A stretch of 37,254 nt of DNA from Ruminiclostridium sp. (lineage in GTDB: Bacteria > Bacillota > Clostridia > Oscillospirales > Oscillospiraceae): assembly GCA_021442645.1 (NCBI GenBank), contig JABUSR010000014.1:1-37254 (forward strand), given 5' to 3'. Below, in pieces: positions 20,405 to 29,140 of this stretch. Under the pieces are notes generated by a model. The model did not search any database, was not told the DNA's origin, and saw only the letters and a list, made by a program, of their open reading frames with translations. The position numbers and the translations under genes are program-made. Within the stretch, counting starts at the first letter, position 1, and each line of letters opens with the position of its first letter.

Positions 20405-20472
20405 AGTCTCTCCTATCGGTCCCAGTCCTCTGGACCGAATCCGCACCGGATTCACGAAATGGGTGCAGATAT

Positions 20473-20501
20473 ATGGTAACAGAGAACAGGGGAAAATGCA
20501 A
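20473..20501 (-). promoter_or_regulatory. SigA promoter of the DUF1385-prmC-recA cluster
   Basis: TTGCAT-17 bp-TACCAT with TGn. Confidence 0.6.
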
Positions 20502-20510
20502 GAATTTTAT

Positions 20511-20524
20511 CGAACTTATGTTCC
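20511..20524. promoter_or_regulatory. Putative LexA (Cheo/SOS) box
   Basis: CGAACTTATGTTCC = GAAC-N4-GTTC, about 10 bp upstream of the -35. Confidence 0.6.
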
Positions 20525-21958
20525 AGTCGGCAGTCGAATCTCCACCAGGCAGCCGCCTGCCTCATCGTCGGCATTTCGGATGGTGAGCTCGCCGTTGTGG
20601 CGGGTGATAATCTCCTCACAGACCGCCAGGCCAATACCGCTGCCGCGGGCAGTAGAGCTGCCCTTGTAGAATTTGTACTTCACATTGGGGAGCTCCTCCG
20701 GGGGAATGCCGGGGCCGTAGTCCCGGATGGTGACGACCACATCCCCGGCCTCCGGGTAGATGCCCGTATCGATGCGCTTACCCGCCCCACCATGCTTGGA
20801 AGCGTTGTCCAGCAGGTTGCAGAAAACCTGGCGCAGGCGGTCGGGGTCTCCGGGGATGGGGCCAAACTCCTCCTGGCAATCGCTGTGATAGACGGCGATG
20901 CCCTCCCGGGCAAGGAACTCGTGGTAGGTGTAGACGGCGTCCTCCAGCTCGGCCTTGATGTCTATGGGTTCAATGGACAGGGTGAATCTGCCGTCCTCGA
21001 TGCGGGAGAATTCCAACAGCTCCTCCACCATGCCGGAGAGCCGTCGTGCCTCGCTGGCGATGATACCCATACCCTTGCGGATATCCGACTCGTCCTGGGC
21101 CTCACCGTTCATGATAGTCTCGGCCCAGCCTGTGATGGCTGTCAGAGGAGTGCGGAGCTCGTGGGAGACAGAGGAAATGAACTCGGACTTCATACTCTCT
21201 GCCTGCTTGATCCGCAAGGACATGTCGTTGATGGCGTCGATGAGATCGCCGATCTCGTCGTCGAATTTTTTCTCCAGCTGTATGCCATAGCTGCCCCCGG
21301 CGATACGCTGGGCGATGCCGGTGATGTTTCGGACAGGGGCCTCGATCGACCGCACAAAGTAGCTGTTTGAGATGTATACCAAGGTCAGGATAACCAGGGA
21401 AGCCCCCACAGCGGCCAGCGTCAGCAGGGTAACCTGTCGGTCTACCGTGTGCATGGGGCTCACATAGCGCATGAAGCCCACCAGAGTATCACCACGGATG
21501 AGGGGGGCAGACACGGCAGTGACCCGTTCCCCAGTCTGGGACAGGGTCCCCACCCAGGAAGCCACCGTTCGGCTATCCCGGGAGTCAATGATGTCCTCTG
21601 TCTCAGGCATGGTACCGGAGGGCGTCAGGCCGTTGGAGGCGTAACAGACCCTGCCGTCCGGAGCAAGGAGCTGGAGCTCGATGCTGCCGCCGTCCTCAAA
21701 GGAACTCACGTAGTCCTGGGCCATGGACAGCTGATTGCTGCCGCCGGGGTCGTTGGCGGAGGCGTAGGTGCCGAAGTAGGCGGAGGCTGTACGGGCCTGG
21801 CTCTCCAGATCAGATTGGATGCCAGTCTCGTAATAGCTCCTCATAACCAGGGAGAAAGCAATGACCATCAGAGCCAGGATGAGAACCAGGATGCTGATGG
21901 TGTTGAGGATCCACCGCTTGCGGATGCCGCGGATCCTTGGAATCGGAATGGATTTCAT
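20516..21958 (-). CDS. HAMP-domain sensor histidine kinase
   Basis: Two TM helices, SHELRTPL, NLLDNA, DYGPGI, GSGIGL. Confidence 0.95.
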   Translation of the reverse strand: MKSIPIPRIRGIRKRWILNTISILVLILALMVIAFSLVMRSYYETGIQSDLESQARTASAYFGTYASANDPGGSNQLSMAQDYVSSFEDGGSIELQLLAPDGRVCYASNGLTPSGTMPETEDIIDSRDSRTVASWVGTLSQTGERVTAVSAPLIRGDTLVGFMRYVSPMHTVDRQVTLLTLAAVGASLVILTLVYISNSYFVRSIEAPVRNITGIAQRIAGGSYGIQLEKKFDDEIGDLIDAINDMSLRIKQAESMKSEFISSVSHELRTPLTAITGWAETIMNGEAQDESDIRKGMGIIASEARRLSGMVEELLEFSRIEDGRFTLSIEPIDIKAELEDAVYTYHEFLAREGIAVYHSDCQEEFGPIPGDPDRLRQVFCNLLDNASKHGGAGKRIDTGIYPEAGDVVVTIRDYGPGIPPEELPNVKYKFYKGSSTARGSGIGLAVCEEIITRHNGELTIRNADDEAGGCLVEIRLPTGT

Positions 21959-21983
21959 GGCACGCTTCCCTCACAGCTCTCCG

Positions 21984-22667
21984 TTAGAATTCCCACTTGT
22001 AGCCGTAACCCCAAATGGTATTAATGCAGATGGGGCTGGTAGGATCATCCTCAATCTTCATCCGCAGGCGGCGGATGTTCACGTCCACGATCTTCAGCTC
22101 GCCCAGGTAGTTCTCCCCCCACACGGCCTTTAGGATATCGGCCCGAGAGAGAGCCCGGCCGGGATTCTCCATGAACAGCTTCATAATGGCGTACTCCACC
22201 TGGGTGAGTTTAATCCTCTGTCCATTCTTCTCCAGGGTGCGCTTGCGGGTATTCAGGGTGAAGGGGGGCTGCTGGAGCTCTCCCTCGTCCATCATCTCCC
22301 CTCCGATGCGGCGGTAGAGGGCATCGATGCGGGCTGTAAGCTCCATAGGAGAGAAAGGTTTGGTGACGTAGTCATCGGCACCGGTCATAAAGCCGGTGAC
22401 CTTGTCCATCTCCTGGGTGCGGGCAGAGAGCATGATAATGCCAATCTTGGAGTTGCCTGCCCGGATTCGGCGGCAGACCTCAAATCCGTCCATATCAGGC
22501 AGCATGATATCCAGGATGGCCACCCGCACATCGGGATTCAGACGAAGCTGCTCCAAGGCCTCTTCCCCGGTGCCAGCCTCAATGGCCTCATAGCCCGCCC
22601 GGCTGAGGTTGAGCACCACAAAGCTGCGGATATTTGCTTCGTCCTCCAGAACCAGAATTTTTTTCAT
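21984..22667 (-). CDS. OmpR-family response regulator
   Basis: LEDE, LDIMLP, DDYVTKPF, winged helix VDVNIRRLR...TIWGYGY. Confidence 0.95.
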   Translation of the reverse strand: MKKILVLEDEANIRSFVVLNLSRAGYEAIEAGTGEEALEQLRLNPDVRVAILDIMLPDMDGFEVCRRIRAGNSKIGIIMLSARTQEMDKVTGFMTGADDYVTKPFSPMELTARIDALYRRIGGEMMDEGELQQPPFTLNTRKRTLEKNGQRIKLTQVEYAIMKLFMENPGRALSRADILKAVWGENYLGELKIVDVNIRRLRMKIEDDPTSPICINTIWGYGYKWEF

Positions 22668-22873
22668 AGGTTGGCTCCTTTCTCCGGGACTGTCCCCATC
22701 CTGCCCACGCCAATTGGAGCAGGGCCTGGTCTTCTCGGTCATCGGTATTTTTTCGTGCGGAGCTCAGGAATCAGCCCCACACGTTCTCATAGTAATACCA
22801 TAATAACATATCATACCACACTCCGGCCGGTTTTCCTATGGTTTCTTTGAAAAAAATTACAAAAGAAAAACAC

Positions 22874-22902
22874 TTGCCATCCATGGCAAGCTGATGTATA
22901 AT
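22874..22902 (+). promoter_or_regulatory. SigA promoter of tRNA-Leu
   Basis: TTGCCA-17 bp-TATAAT. Confidence 0.75.
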
Positions 22903-22922
22903 CGATTTTGCAATTCCCCTTT

Positions 22923-23009
22923 GCCGGTGTGATGAAATTGGTAGACGTAGTGGACTCAAAATCCACCGCTGGCAACAGCGTACCGGTTCGAGTCCGGTCA
23001 CCGGCACCA
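22923..23009 (+). tRNA. tRNA-Leu (CAA)
   Basis: Acceptor GCCGGTG/CACCGGC, anticodon arm GTGGA-CTCAAAA-TCCAC, long variable arm, GGTTCGAGTCC, encoded CCA. Confidence 0.97.
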
Positions 23010-23018
23010 ACTTTACAG

Positions 23019-23056
23019 ACTCCGAACGTATTTTCTGCAAATACGTTCGGAGTTTT
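23019..23056 (+). terminator. Terminator after tRNA-Leu
   Basis: Perfect 15-bp stem ACTCCGAACGTATTT/AAATACGTTCGGAGT plus T-run. Confidence 0.7.
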
Positions 23057-23216
23057 CTGTCTCTGACACGATGCCCGGTGCAGGCTGCCTTTGATAAATC
23101 GTCGGCCTGTACCGGGCTCTTTCTGTCCTGTTGGTTTTCACTTGTCGGCACAGACGGAAACCGAGCATCTGTCCCGTGCTCTGATTCCCTTCCCCGTGAG
23201 ACATCGGACCGGGCTT

Positions 23217-23612
23217 TTAAAAATCCACGAGGAATATCCCGATGGAAATCTGTGTGTAGCCCGAATGAGGGGTAACCTTCGTGATGCGGGCGACCAGCAG
23301 CTTACCCGCATCCATGAGGCGGGAAAAAATCAGGTTGTCCTTTTCCGGCACATAGCCCACTTTTCTGCCGTCCTCCGTCAGGACCAGAATGGCATTCCGG
23401 TCGAACTTATTGTCCTCCCGGCGTAGGTTCAGCCTGTCGCCGACTTGGATTTCCTCCAGAACGGTCTTGTCCTTTAGGTACGTCGTCCCGGCGATGTTGG
23501 TATCAAACAGATGGATCTCCTGGGTCAGCGGTTTTATGATGTCTCCGAGATTGGTATTGCTGATGGCAGTAACCAGGTCGTTTCCCCCGGCGACGGTCAG
23601 CTCTCCTGCCAT
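23217..23612 (-). CDS. Stand-alone HIRAN-domain protein
   Basis: IAGTTY...LRREDNKFDRNAILV...KVGYVP matches the HIRAN signature (LxREPxNxyDxnAi...lGYvP); RBS GAGGAG. Confidence 0.85.
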   Translation of the reverse strand: MAGELTVAGGNDLVTAISNTNLGDIIKPLTQEIHLFDTNIAGTTYLKDKTVLEEIQVGDRLNLRREDNKFDRNAILVLTEDGRKVGYVPEKDNLIFSRLMDAGKLLVARITKVTPHSGYTQISIGIFLVDF

Positions 23613-24382
23613 TCGATGATCACTCCTCTCATCAGAAGCTGCTTCAGCGTCTTCTCAAGTTCGTCTGCGTATCGTGCGTAGGACGCATACTCCTCCTCCA
23701 GTGCCCGTTTCTTTTCGGCGACGGCAGCGGCATCCTCAAGCAGGTCCTTATACCGATACGGATCTGTACTGATGATCTTACTAATCTCCTCTTCGAGCTG
23801 TGCGATCCGCTCGTCAAGGTTCTCCAGGACCAGCTCCCCGGGCTCGAAGCCGTGGTCATCCAAGGCCTTGTGGACAAGGACCTCTATGGCGGTGAGCTCC
23901 TCAGCGTCATTGAGCCCGTAGGCGGTGAGCGTCCTGTTCCATAAATCGGCAATTTCCGGATACTCCCAGGCCTTCGGACTGATGTCCGGGTGAATCAGCT
24001 TTGCAATGCGCCGATAGAGGAGCTTACTCCTGATGCAGTCGTATTCGGTGGAAGTCCCGACCTTTTGCGCCTCTCTGTACTCCTCAATCATCTGCGCAAG
24101 CTGTGCATTGTATTCCCGCATAGTCGTTTCGATGTAGTTCTGAAGCTCCGAAGCATTGACCGGCTCCCCGCGGTTCACCGCCGCCTGGCAGAAGGCAATG
24201 CTCTTTTTCCTGGAGATACAGTCGATCTTTTTTTCAAAGACCTTGGTTATGAACTCGCCGAATTCCTTGATATACGCGGTCAGACAACTCCCGGCCTCTT
24301 TCCGCAGGGCGTCCCGTTCCAGGAGCAGCTTCTCGTATTTTTCGTAAACGGACGCCTGGTCGCTTTTCCGGATTTCCCTCAT
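23597..24382 (-). CDS. Coiled-coil protein with a central J-domain-like (HPD) segment
   Basis: LYRRIAKLIHPDI...LWNRTLTAY resembles J-domain helix II-HPD-helix III; flanked by helical, charged regions. Confidence 0.65.
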   Translation of the reverse strand: MREIRKSDQASVYEKYEKLLLERDALRKEAGSCLTAYIKEFGEFITKVFEKKIDCISRKKSIAFCQAAVNRGEPVNASELQNYIETTMREYNAQLAQMIEEYREAQKVGTSTEYDCIRSKLLYRRIAKLIHPDISPKAWEYPEIADLWNRTLTAYGLNDAEELTAIEVLVHKALDDHGFEPGELVLENLDERIAQLEEEISKIISTDPYRYKDLLEDAAAVAEKKRALEEEYASYARYADELEKTLKQLLMRGVIIEWQES

Positions 24383-25260
24383 CTGTGTACCTCAAACATA
24401 TAGAAGTTGTGGCAGATATCCGTCAGGCGGGTCCTGCCTATGGTCGCCTTGCTGAAGAAATCCTCCCGGGTCCGGTACCAGGCATCCTCGAAACAAATCA
24501 CACACCGGCCGTCCTCCTCGAGGGCCTGCACGGTGTAAACCTGTTTCTTATACCGGAAGGACACGGTGCAGGGGCTCTTCAGCAAATGATAAAGGTCGTA
24601 AAAATCAACAGCGGCGTCGTCGAGCTCGACGAGGCGATACAGGTCGTCAATGAGCCACTTCATATTATTCAAATCCCCGAAGAAGGCATTATACCGTAGC
24701 CGCTGTGCAAGGAAATCCTTGGCGGCGTAATAGAGCCGTACCGCCTCGTCCATGCGCCCCTCCTCGGTGTAGATCCTGGCCAGGCGTGTAAAAATCTCCG
24801 GCAGGGGATCATTCAGGTATCTCGCATCCTTTACCCTCGGATAAAGGGACTTTATGATCTCCTTGTATTTCTCATAGTCCCGCTCCACATAATAGCCATT
24901 TTTGTACATGTCGGCGATCTTGTATTCGGACTGGATATTGCCGAGGGCTGCAGACCTGGAAAAGCACGCAAAGGCCTTCTCATCATTCTTCTCGCCGGTC
25001 CTGCCGTAGTACCAGATGTAGCCCAGGCAGTTGTAGGCCTCCTCATAGTCATAGGTGGCAGCCATCTCGTAATACTTCAGCGCAAGGTCGAACTGCTTCA
25101 GCTCGTAATACACGCCGCCCAGATACATCATATCGCGGGGGTCTTTATTGGTTTCGATCAGGAATCCCATGGCCTCTGTAAAGGCAAAGAACTCGTCCTC
25201 CGTGGGGTTATTCTTTCCTGCAAAATCGTTGCGGATGGCTTCCGCCTGTTTCACTGTCAT
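24379..25260 (-). CDS. Sel1-like repeat protein
   Basis: YLGGVYY, AYNCLGYIWYYGRTGEKNDEKAF, YKIADMYKNGYYVERDYEK repeats. Confidence 0.85.
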   Translation of the reverse strand: MTVKQAEAIRNDFAGKNNPTEDEFFAFTEAMGFLIETNKDPRDMMYLGGVYYELKQFDLALKYYEMAATYDYEEAYNCLGYIWYYGRTGEKNDEKAFACFSRSAALGNIQSEYKIADMYKNGYYVERDYEKYKEIIKSLYPRVKDARYLNDPLPEIFTRLARIYTEEGRMDEAVRLYYAAKDFLAQRLRYNAFFGDLNNMKWLIDDLYRLVELDDAAVDFYDLYHLLKSPCTVSFRYKKQVYTVQALEEDGRCVICFEDAWYRTREDFFSKATIGRTRLTDICHNFYMFEVHR

Positions 25261-25296
25261 CGTGCAGCACTCCTTTGAATCACTTTCTACGCTGTC

Positions 25297-25329
25297 AGCT
25301 TACCAAACGATCTGTACCAAAAATGACGC
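25297..25329 (-). promoter_or_regulatory. Putative WYL-activator-dependent internal promoter
   Basis: GCGTCA-TTTTT-GGTACA-N10-TAAGCT with no canonical -35; spacing matches PafBC-type TGTCGG-N10-TAnnnT promoters. Confidence 0.4.
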
Positions 25330-25333
25330 TCGG

Positions 25334-26347
25334 TCATTCTGCCTCAGGCGCTTCCTCCGGCAGGTACTGACGGTACAGCCGCTTTGCCTCCTCCCGGAGC
25401 TGTTCCACAACATCGTGCGGTTCCGTTATTTTTACCCCCTCCCCCAGGGCAAAGATCCAGCCAAAGAACTGCTGGCTGACGGCAACCTCCACAAGGCAGG
25501 AAAAGTGCGCCTCATCCACCGGGCGCAGGGAGATCTCCTTGCCGAACCGGTCAATGATGACCCCGGCCATATCGTTGGCACATTCCAGCCTGACAGTGGT
25601 TCGCTCCCCGCTGAACATACCAAAGAGGCCCTTTGAATACCGCGGCAGATTGAATTCCCGGAAGGCCTTCTTCCCCTGGCGCGGGGCGTCCTCTATTTTG
25701 ATGTTCAGCATCTTATCGACGCGGTAGTGCTTGACCTTCTCATCGGCAGCATCGTAGGCGACCATATAATAATACTCATCGTCCCAGATGAGGCCCCATG
25801 GAGAGAGCACATACCAGGCGCCGTCCCTGCGCAGTTCCATTTTCTTTTTTACGGTCCACTGAAAATAGTGGAAGCGAAGCTGCCGGTTGGAACTGATGGC
25901 CTCGTGAATGGCATCCACATTGTAGTAGACACTCTCGTTCATGGTTTTCACGCGGCCGGATATGACCACCTGGCGTTGGAGATGCCTGGCCTCATATTTG
26001 CTCACCAGCGCCTCCAGCTTCTTTATGAGGTCTCCGGATTTCTTCTCCGTAATGAATTTTGCACTCTGGACAGAGTCCACAAGCAGCTTCAGCTCGGGAA
26101 GCTCAAAGTCCCTGTGCCCAAGGTGGTAGTACACATTTCTGCCGATTTGCTCGCTGAGGATATCCAGGCCAAATGTCCGGAGCTCATCCAAGTCGCGGTA
26201 GAGGGCCTTGCGCTCTGCACTGACGCCGCAAGACGCAAGCCGGTCTATCATATCCTGGACGGTGAGAAAATGCCCGTCGTCAGTTTCCTCCGACAGTATT
26301 TTTACCAGATAGAGCAGCTTCAGCTTCTGGTTTTCACCCTTTGCCAT
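25334..26347 (-). CDS. wHTH-WYL-WCX transcriptional regulator
   Basis: HTH SAERKALYRDLDEL; WYL domain SPWGLIWDDEYYYMVA...HYRVDKM; WCX FFGWIFALG...KITEP. Confidence 0.92.
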   Translation of the reverse strand: MAKGENQKLKLLYLVKILSEETDDGHFLTVQDMIDRLASCGVSAERKALYRDLDELRTFGLDILSEQIGRNVYYHLGHRDFELPELKLLVDSVQSAKFITEKKSGDLIKKLEALVSKYEARHLQRQVVISGRVKTMNESVYYNVDAIHEAISSNRQLRFHYFQWTVKKKMELRRDGAWYVLSPWGLIWDDEYYYMVAYDAADEKVKHYRVDKMLNIKIEDAPRQGKKAFREFNLPRYSKGLFGMFSGERTTVRLECANDMAGVIIDRFGKEISLRPVDEAHFSCLVEVAVSQQFFGWIFALGEGVKITEPHDVVEQLREEAKRLYRQYLPEEAPEAE

Positions 26348-26377
26348 GCTATTCACCCCCTGAGAGAATTCCTCTCT

Positions 26378-26406
26378 ATTGTACCACAGAAGCCGCCGGT
26401 AGTAAA
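26378..26406 (-). promoter_or_regulatory. SigA promoter of the WYL gene
   Basis: TTTACT-17 bp-TACAAT with TGn. Confidence 0.55.
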
Positions 26407-26439
26407 GAACCGAGTCCCAAAACCAAGACTTGTTTTTGA

Positions 26440-26753
26440 CAGACAACCAACTACGGAACCCAAGAATCAGGAACGAGTAAAACCTATAAAGTTGAGTATC
26501 TTGCAAGCGATGGAAAATGGCATGCGTACATTTGCAAGCGCAGCAAAAGTTAGTTCAACATTGTCTGGTGTATCAAACCTTCAGGCGCAAGGAGAAGTAC
26601 ATAAAAAATCTCCAAATGGGTCCGTTTGAGTTTTCTAACGTTAAAATTAAAGAATCAAATAATGTTTGGGGGAACAATGCCGTTTCACCTACGGCAGAAT
26701 CTCCATATTCAGTCTCTGGTTCTGTAACAAGTTATACTGTATCGGGTCCGTGA
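26440..26753 (+). pseudogene. Probable frameshifted, 5'-truncated gene remnant in an AT-rich islet
   Basis: One frame (..FASAAKVSSTLSGVSNLQAQGEVHKK) appears to continue in another (NLQMGPFEFSNVKIKESNNVWG..) across an A6 run near 26603-26608. Confidence 0.4.
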
Positions 26754-26810
26754 TAGTCTTTTGGATATCAGCATCTCTTTAAAAACGTATCGTGACTGAG
26801 GAGGTTAATT

Positions 26811-27581
26811 ATGAACGCTATTAAATGGGGAAAGCCATTCGGAGTAGTTTGCGTATGCTTGGCGGTAATTCTTGTTATTGCCTGCGTACAACCCACTATT
26901 AAAGCATATGCACTTGAACAATCTATAGATGGATATTTGAATGAGCGAAAAATCAACTATAGTTCTGTTGAAATCAACAAAGACACATTAGAAGTCAATC
27001 TGATTTCTTCAGGAAAAGACCGCTGTACAGTAGATGATGTCAACGCTATTCACAGTGTTTATACGGCTGTACATAGTCGTGATGTTGATAGTGCCATAAT
27101 GAATGTTCAAATTAACATTTATAATTCTGATGCTAAACAAATATATAGCTGTTATCAGGCAGACGTTGCAGCGGCAAGCGAATATTCAGGTTTCAAAGAT
27201 AAAATTAACGCGCAGGATAGCAAATCATTTGCCGATGATCCGAAAAGCGCTTTAAGTAATATTATTACTTCTCACTCTTTTTTGGTTGACGATATATCCT
27301 TTGCAAAAGCTGATGGAATATCGGGGCAGTGCGTTAGCATCATGGTTAATCCAGTCCGTATGGATTTAGTATCACTAAGTGATTTGCGCATACTTTATGA
27401 AGCAATTGAAACGTATGCTATCCCATCAAGAGAAATTACGCAATGCTGTCTTAGTATGGTAGATGAAAACGGTGAATGTATGTTTTATTTAACAGGTGAC
27501 TTCAGCTTTGGCAACATAACGGCATGGGTTAGCCCAACGATGGAAGATAGCATCATTGAAAATGAGGGCCCTCAGCACTAA
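26811..27581 (+). CDS. Hypothetical exported/membrane-anchored protein (AT-rich)
   Basis: RBS GAGGAGG; N-terminal hydrophobic segment; codon usage differs from the flanks. Confidence 0.75.
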   Translation: MNAIKWGKPFGVVCVCLAVILVIACVQPTIKAYALEQSIDGYLNERKINYSSVEINKDTLEVNLISSGKDRCTVDDVNAIHSVYTAVHSRDVDSAIMNVQINIYNSDAKQIYSCYQADVAAASEYSGFKDKINAQDSKSFADDPKSALSNIITSHSFLVDDISFAKADGISGQCVSIMVNPVRMDLVSLSDLRILYEAIETYAIPSREITQCCLSMVDENGECMFYLTGDFSFGNITAWVSPTMEDSIIENEGPQH

Positions 27582-27762
27582 GCTGCTCTGCGTAAAACAA
27601 AAGCTTATTCATTGCTGATTTGGATTGCCAGCATTGATAATATCTACATGCCACCTTGCTTTCATTGCTGAAGAACTTGATGCCGCGTTTCCATAATCCC
27701 TTATCGTCCTCTGCTGCAGCAAACTTGAAGCCCAGCGGTGCCCCGGCATACCTCCCTGTCCA

Positions 27763-27791
27763 TTGCCTTGTTTTCAATTTTGTGGTATAAT
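27763..27791 (+). promoter_or_regulatory. SigA promoter of the SLH protein gene
   Basis: TTGCCT-17 bp-TATAAT with TGn. Confidence 0.65.
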
Positions 27792-27846
27792 TATAGACAC
27801 TTCTTTCCTTATTACGGAAAAACACCCGCAATTGGAGGAGATTCTC

Positions 27847-29115
27847 ATGAAAAAACTCACTGCCGCCCTCCTGGCCTGCGTAATGCTTCTGGGCATGGCC
27901 CCCCTGTCTCTGGCCGCCCCCACCACCCAGGCCATCGTGGACGCCGCCCTGGAGCTGATCTACTCCCACGAGGGCACCTATAATTCCATCAACAAAAACG
28001 ACAACGGCGCCGTGTCCGTGGGCAAGATCCAGTGGCACGGCACCCGCGCCCTGGCCCTGATAAAAATCGTGGTGAACAGCAACCCCACCAACGCCAAATC
28101 CATCCTGGGGGACACCCTCTACACGGAGGTCACCACCGTCGACAACTGGTCCTACCGGACCGTGAACGATGAGGAGGCCGCCGCCCTGGCCACTCTCCTC
28201 TCCACCCCCGAAGGCAAGGCCGCCCAGGACAAGATGGCCAACGGCGACATCACCGGCTACGTCACCCGTGGCCAGAAGCTGGGCATCACTGACGGGGCCG
28301 CCCTAGTCTACTTCGCCGACCTGGAGAACCAAGGGGGATACGGCATGTCCAAGCGGGTGGCCACCGCCGCCGCCAACACTGTGGGCTCCTTCGCCGCCAT
28401 CACCCTGGCCGACATCCACCAGGCTGGGCTGGCAGACTCAGTGGCCGGAAAGTACCCTACCCTCCGGAACCGGGCCTATACCTACTGTCAGAGTCTGGGC
28501 TTCGGCGGCACCGCTGGGGTCCACTTCCCCAAAAAGAGCACCTATCGGAACGGCATGTTCCCTGATGTGGCATCCAGTGCCTGGTACGCCAAATCGGTTG
28601 CCGGCGCCGTGCAGTACGGTCTCATGAAGGGGGACGAACTGGGTGCCTTCCGTCCCAACGGGACCGTGACCCTGGCTGAGGTCATCACCATGGCCGCCCG
28701 GATCCATTCCATCTATACCACCGGCACAGAGAAGTTCGTCCAGACCTCCGGCAAGTGGTACCAGGTCTACCTGGACTATGCCTACAACAAGGGCATCATC
28801 AACAAGGCCCGGTACACCTCCAACGTGACCCTGCCCGCCACCCGAGCCCAATTCGCCGAAATCTTTGCCAAGGCTCTGCCCGCCGCCGGACTGGCCTCCC
28901 GGAACACCGTGAATAACAACGCCATCCCCGACGTGAAGAGTTCCGCCTCCTATGCGGAGGCCGTGTACACGCTGTACCGGGCCGGGGTCCTGACGGGCAC
29001 CGACGCTGCCACCCGGGCCTTCCTGCCCGGCAGCACCATCACCCGGGCTGAGGCCGCCGCCATCGCCTCCCGCATGGCCAACAGCGACGACCGGGTGAGC
29101 TTCACCCTGAAATAA
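27847..29115 (+). CDS. Secreted S-layer homology (SLH) protein with a putative lysozyme-like N-terminal domain
   Basis: Signal peptide MKKLTAALL; HEGTYNSIN-NDNGAVSVGKIQW; SLH repeats FPDV...FRPNGTVTLAE, ATRAQFA, PGSTITRAEAA. Confidence 0.8.
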   Translation: MKKLTAALLACVMLLGMAPLSLAAPTTQAIVDAALELIYSHEGTYNSINKNDNGAVSVGKIQWHGTRALALIKIVVNSNPTNAKSILGDTLYTEVTTVDNWSYRTVNDEEAAALATLLSTPEGKAAQDKMANGDITGYVTRGQKLGITDGAALVYFADLENQGGYGMSKRVATAAANTVGSFAAITLADIHQAGLADSVAGKYPTLRNRAYTYCQSLGFGGTAGVHFPKKSTYRNGMFPDVASSAWYAKSVAGAVQYGLMKGDELGAFRPNGTVTLAEVITMAARIHSIYTTGTEKFVQTSGKWYQVYLDYAYNKGIINKARYTSNVTLPATRAQFAEIFAKALPAAGLASRNTVNNNAIPDVKSSASYAEAVYTLYRAGVLTGTDAATRAFLPGSTITRAEAAAIASRMANSDDRVSFTLK

Positions 29116-29140
29116 CTCTCAGGCAAGGGAGGGCATCCCC

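Noticed and set aside
23023-23050. LexA boxes after the tRNA
   Set aside because: GAAC and GTTC are arms of the terminator stem and are not spaced N4.
22990-27760. Intact integrative element at tRNA-Leu
   Set aside because: No integrase and no convincing duplicate of the tRNA 3' end (attR) seen.
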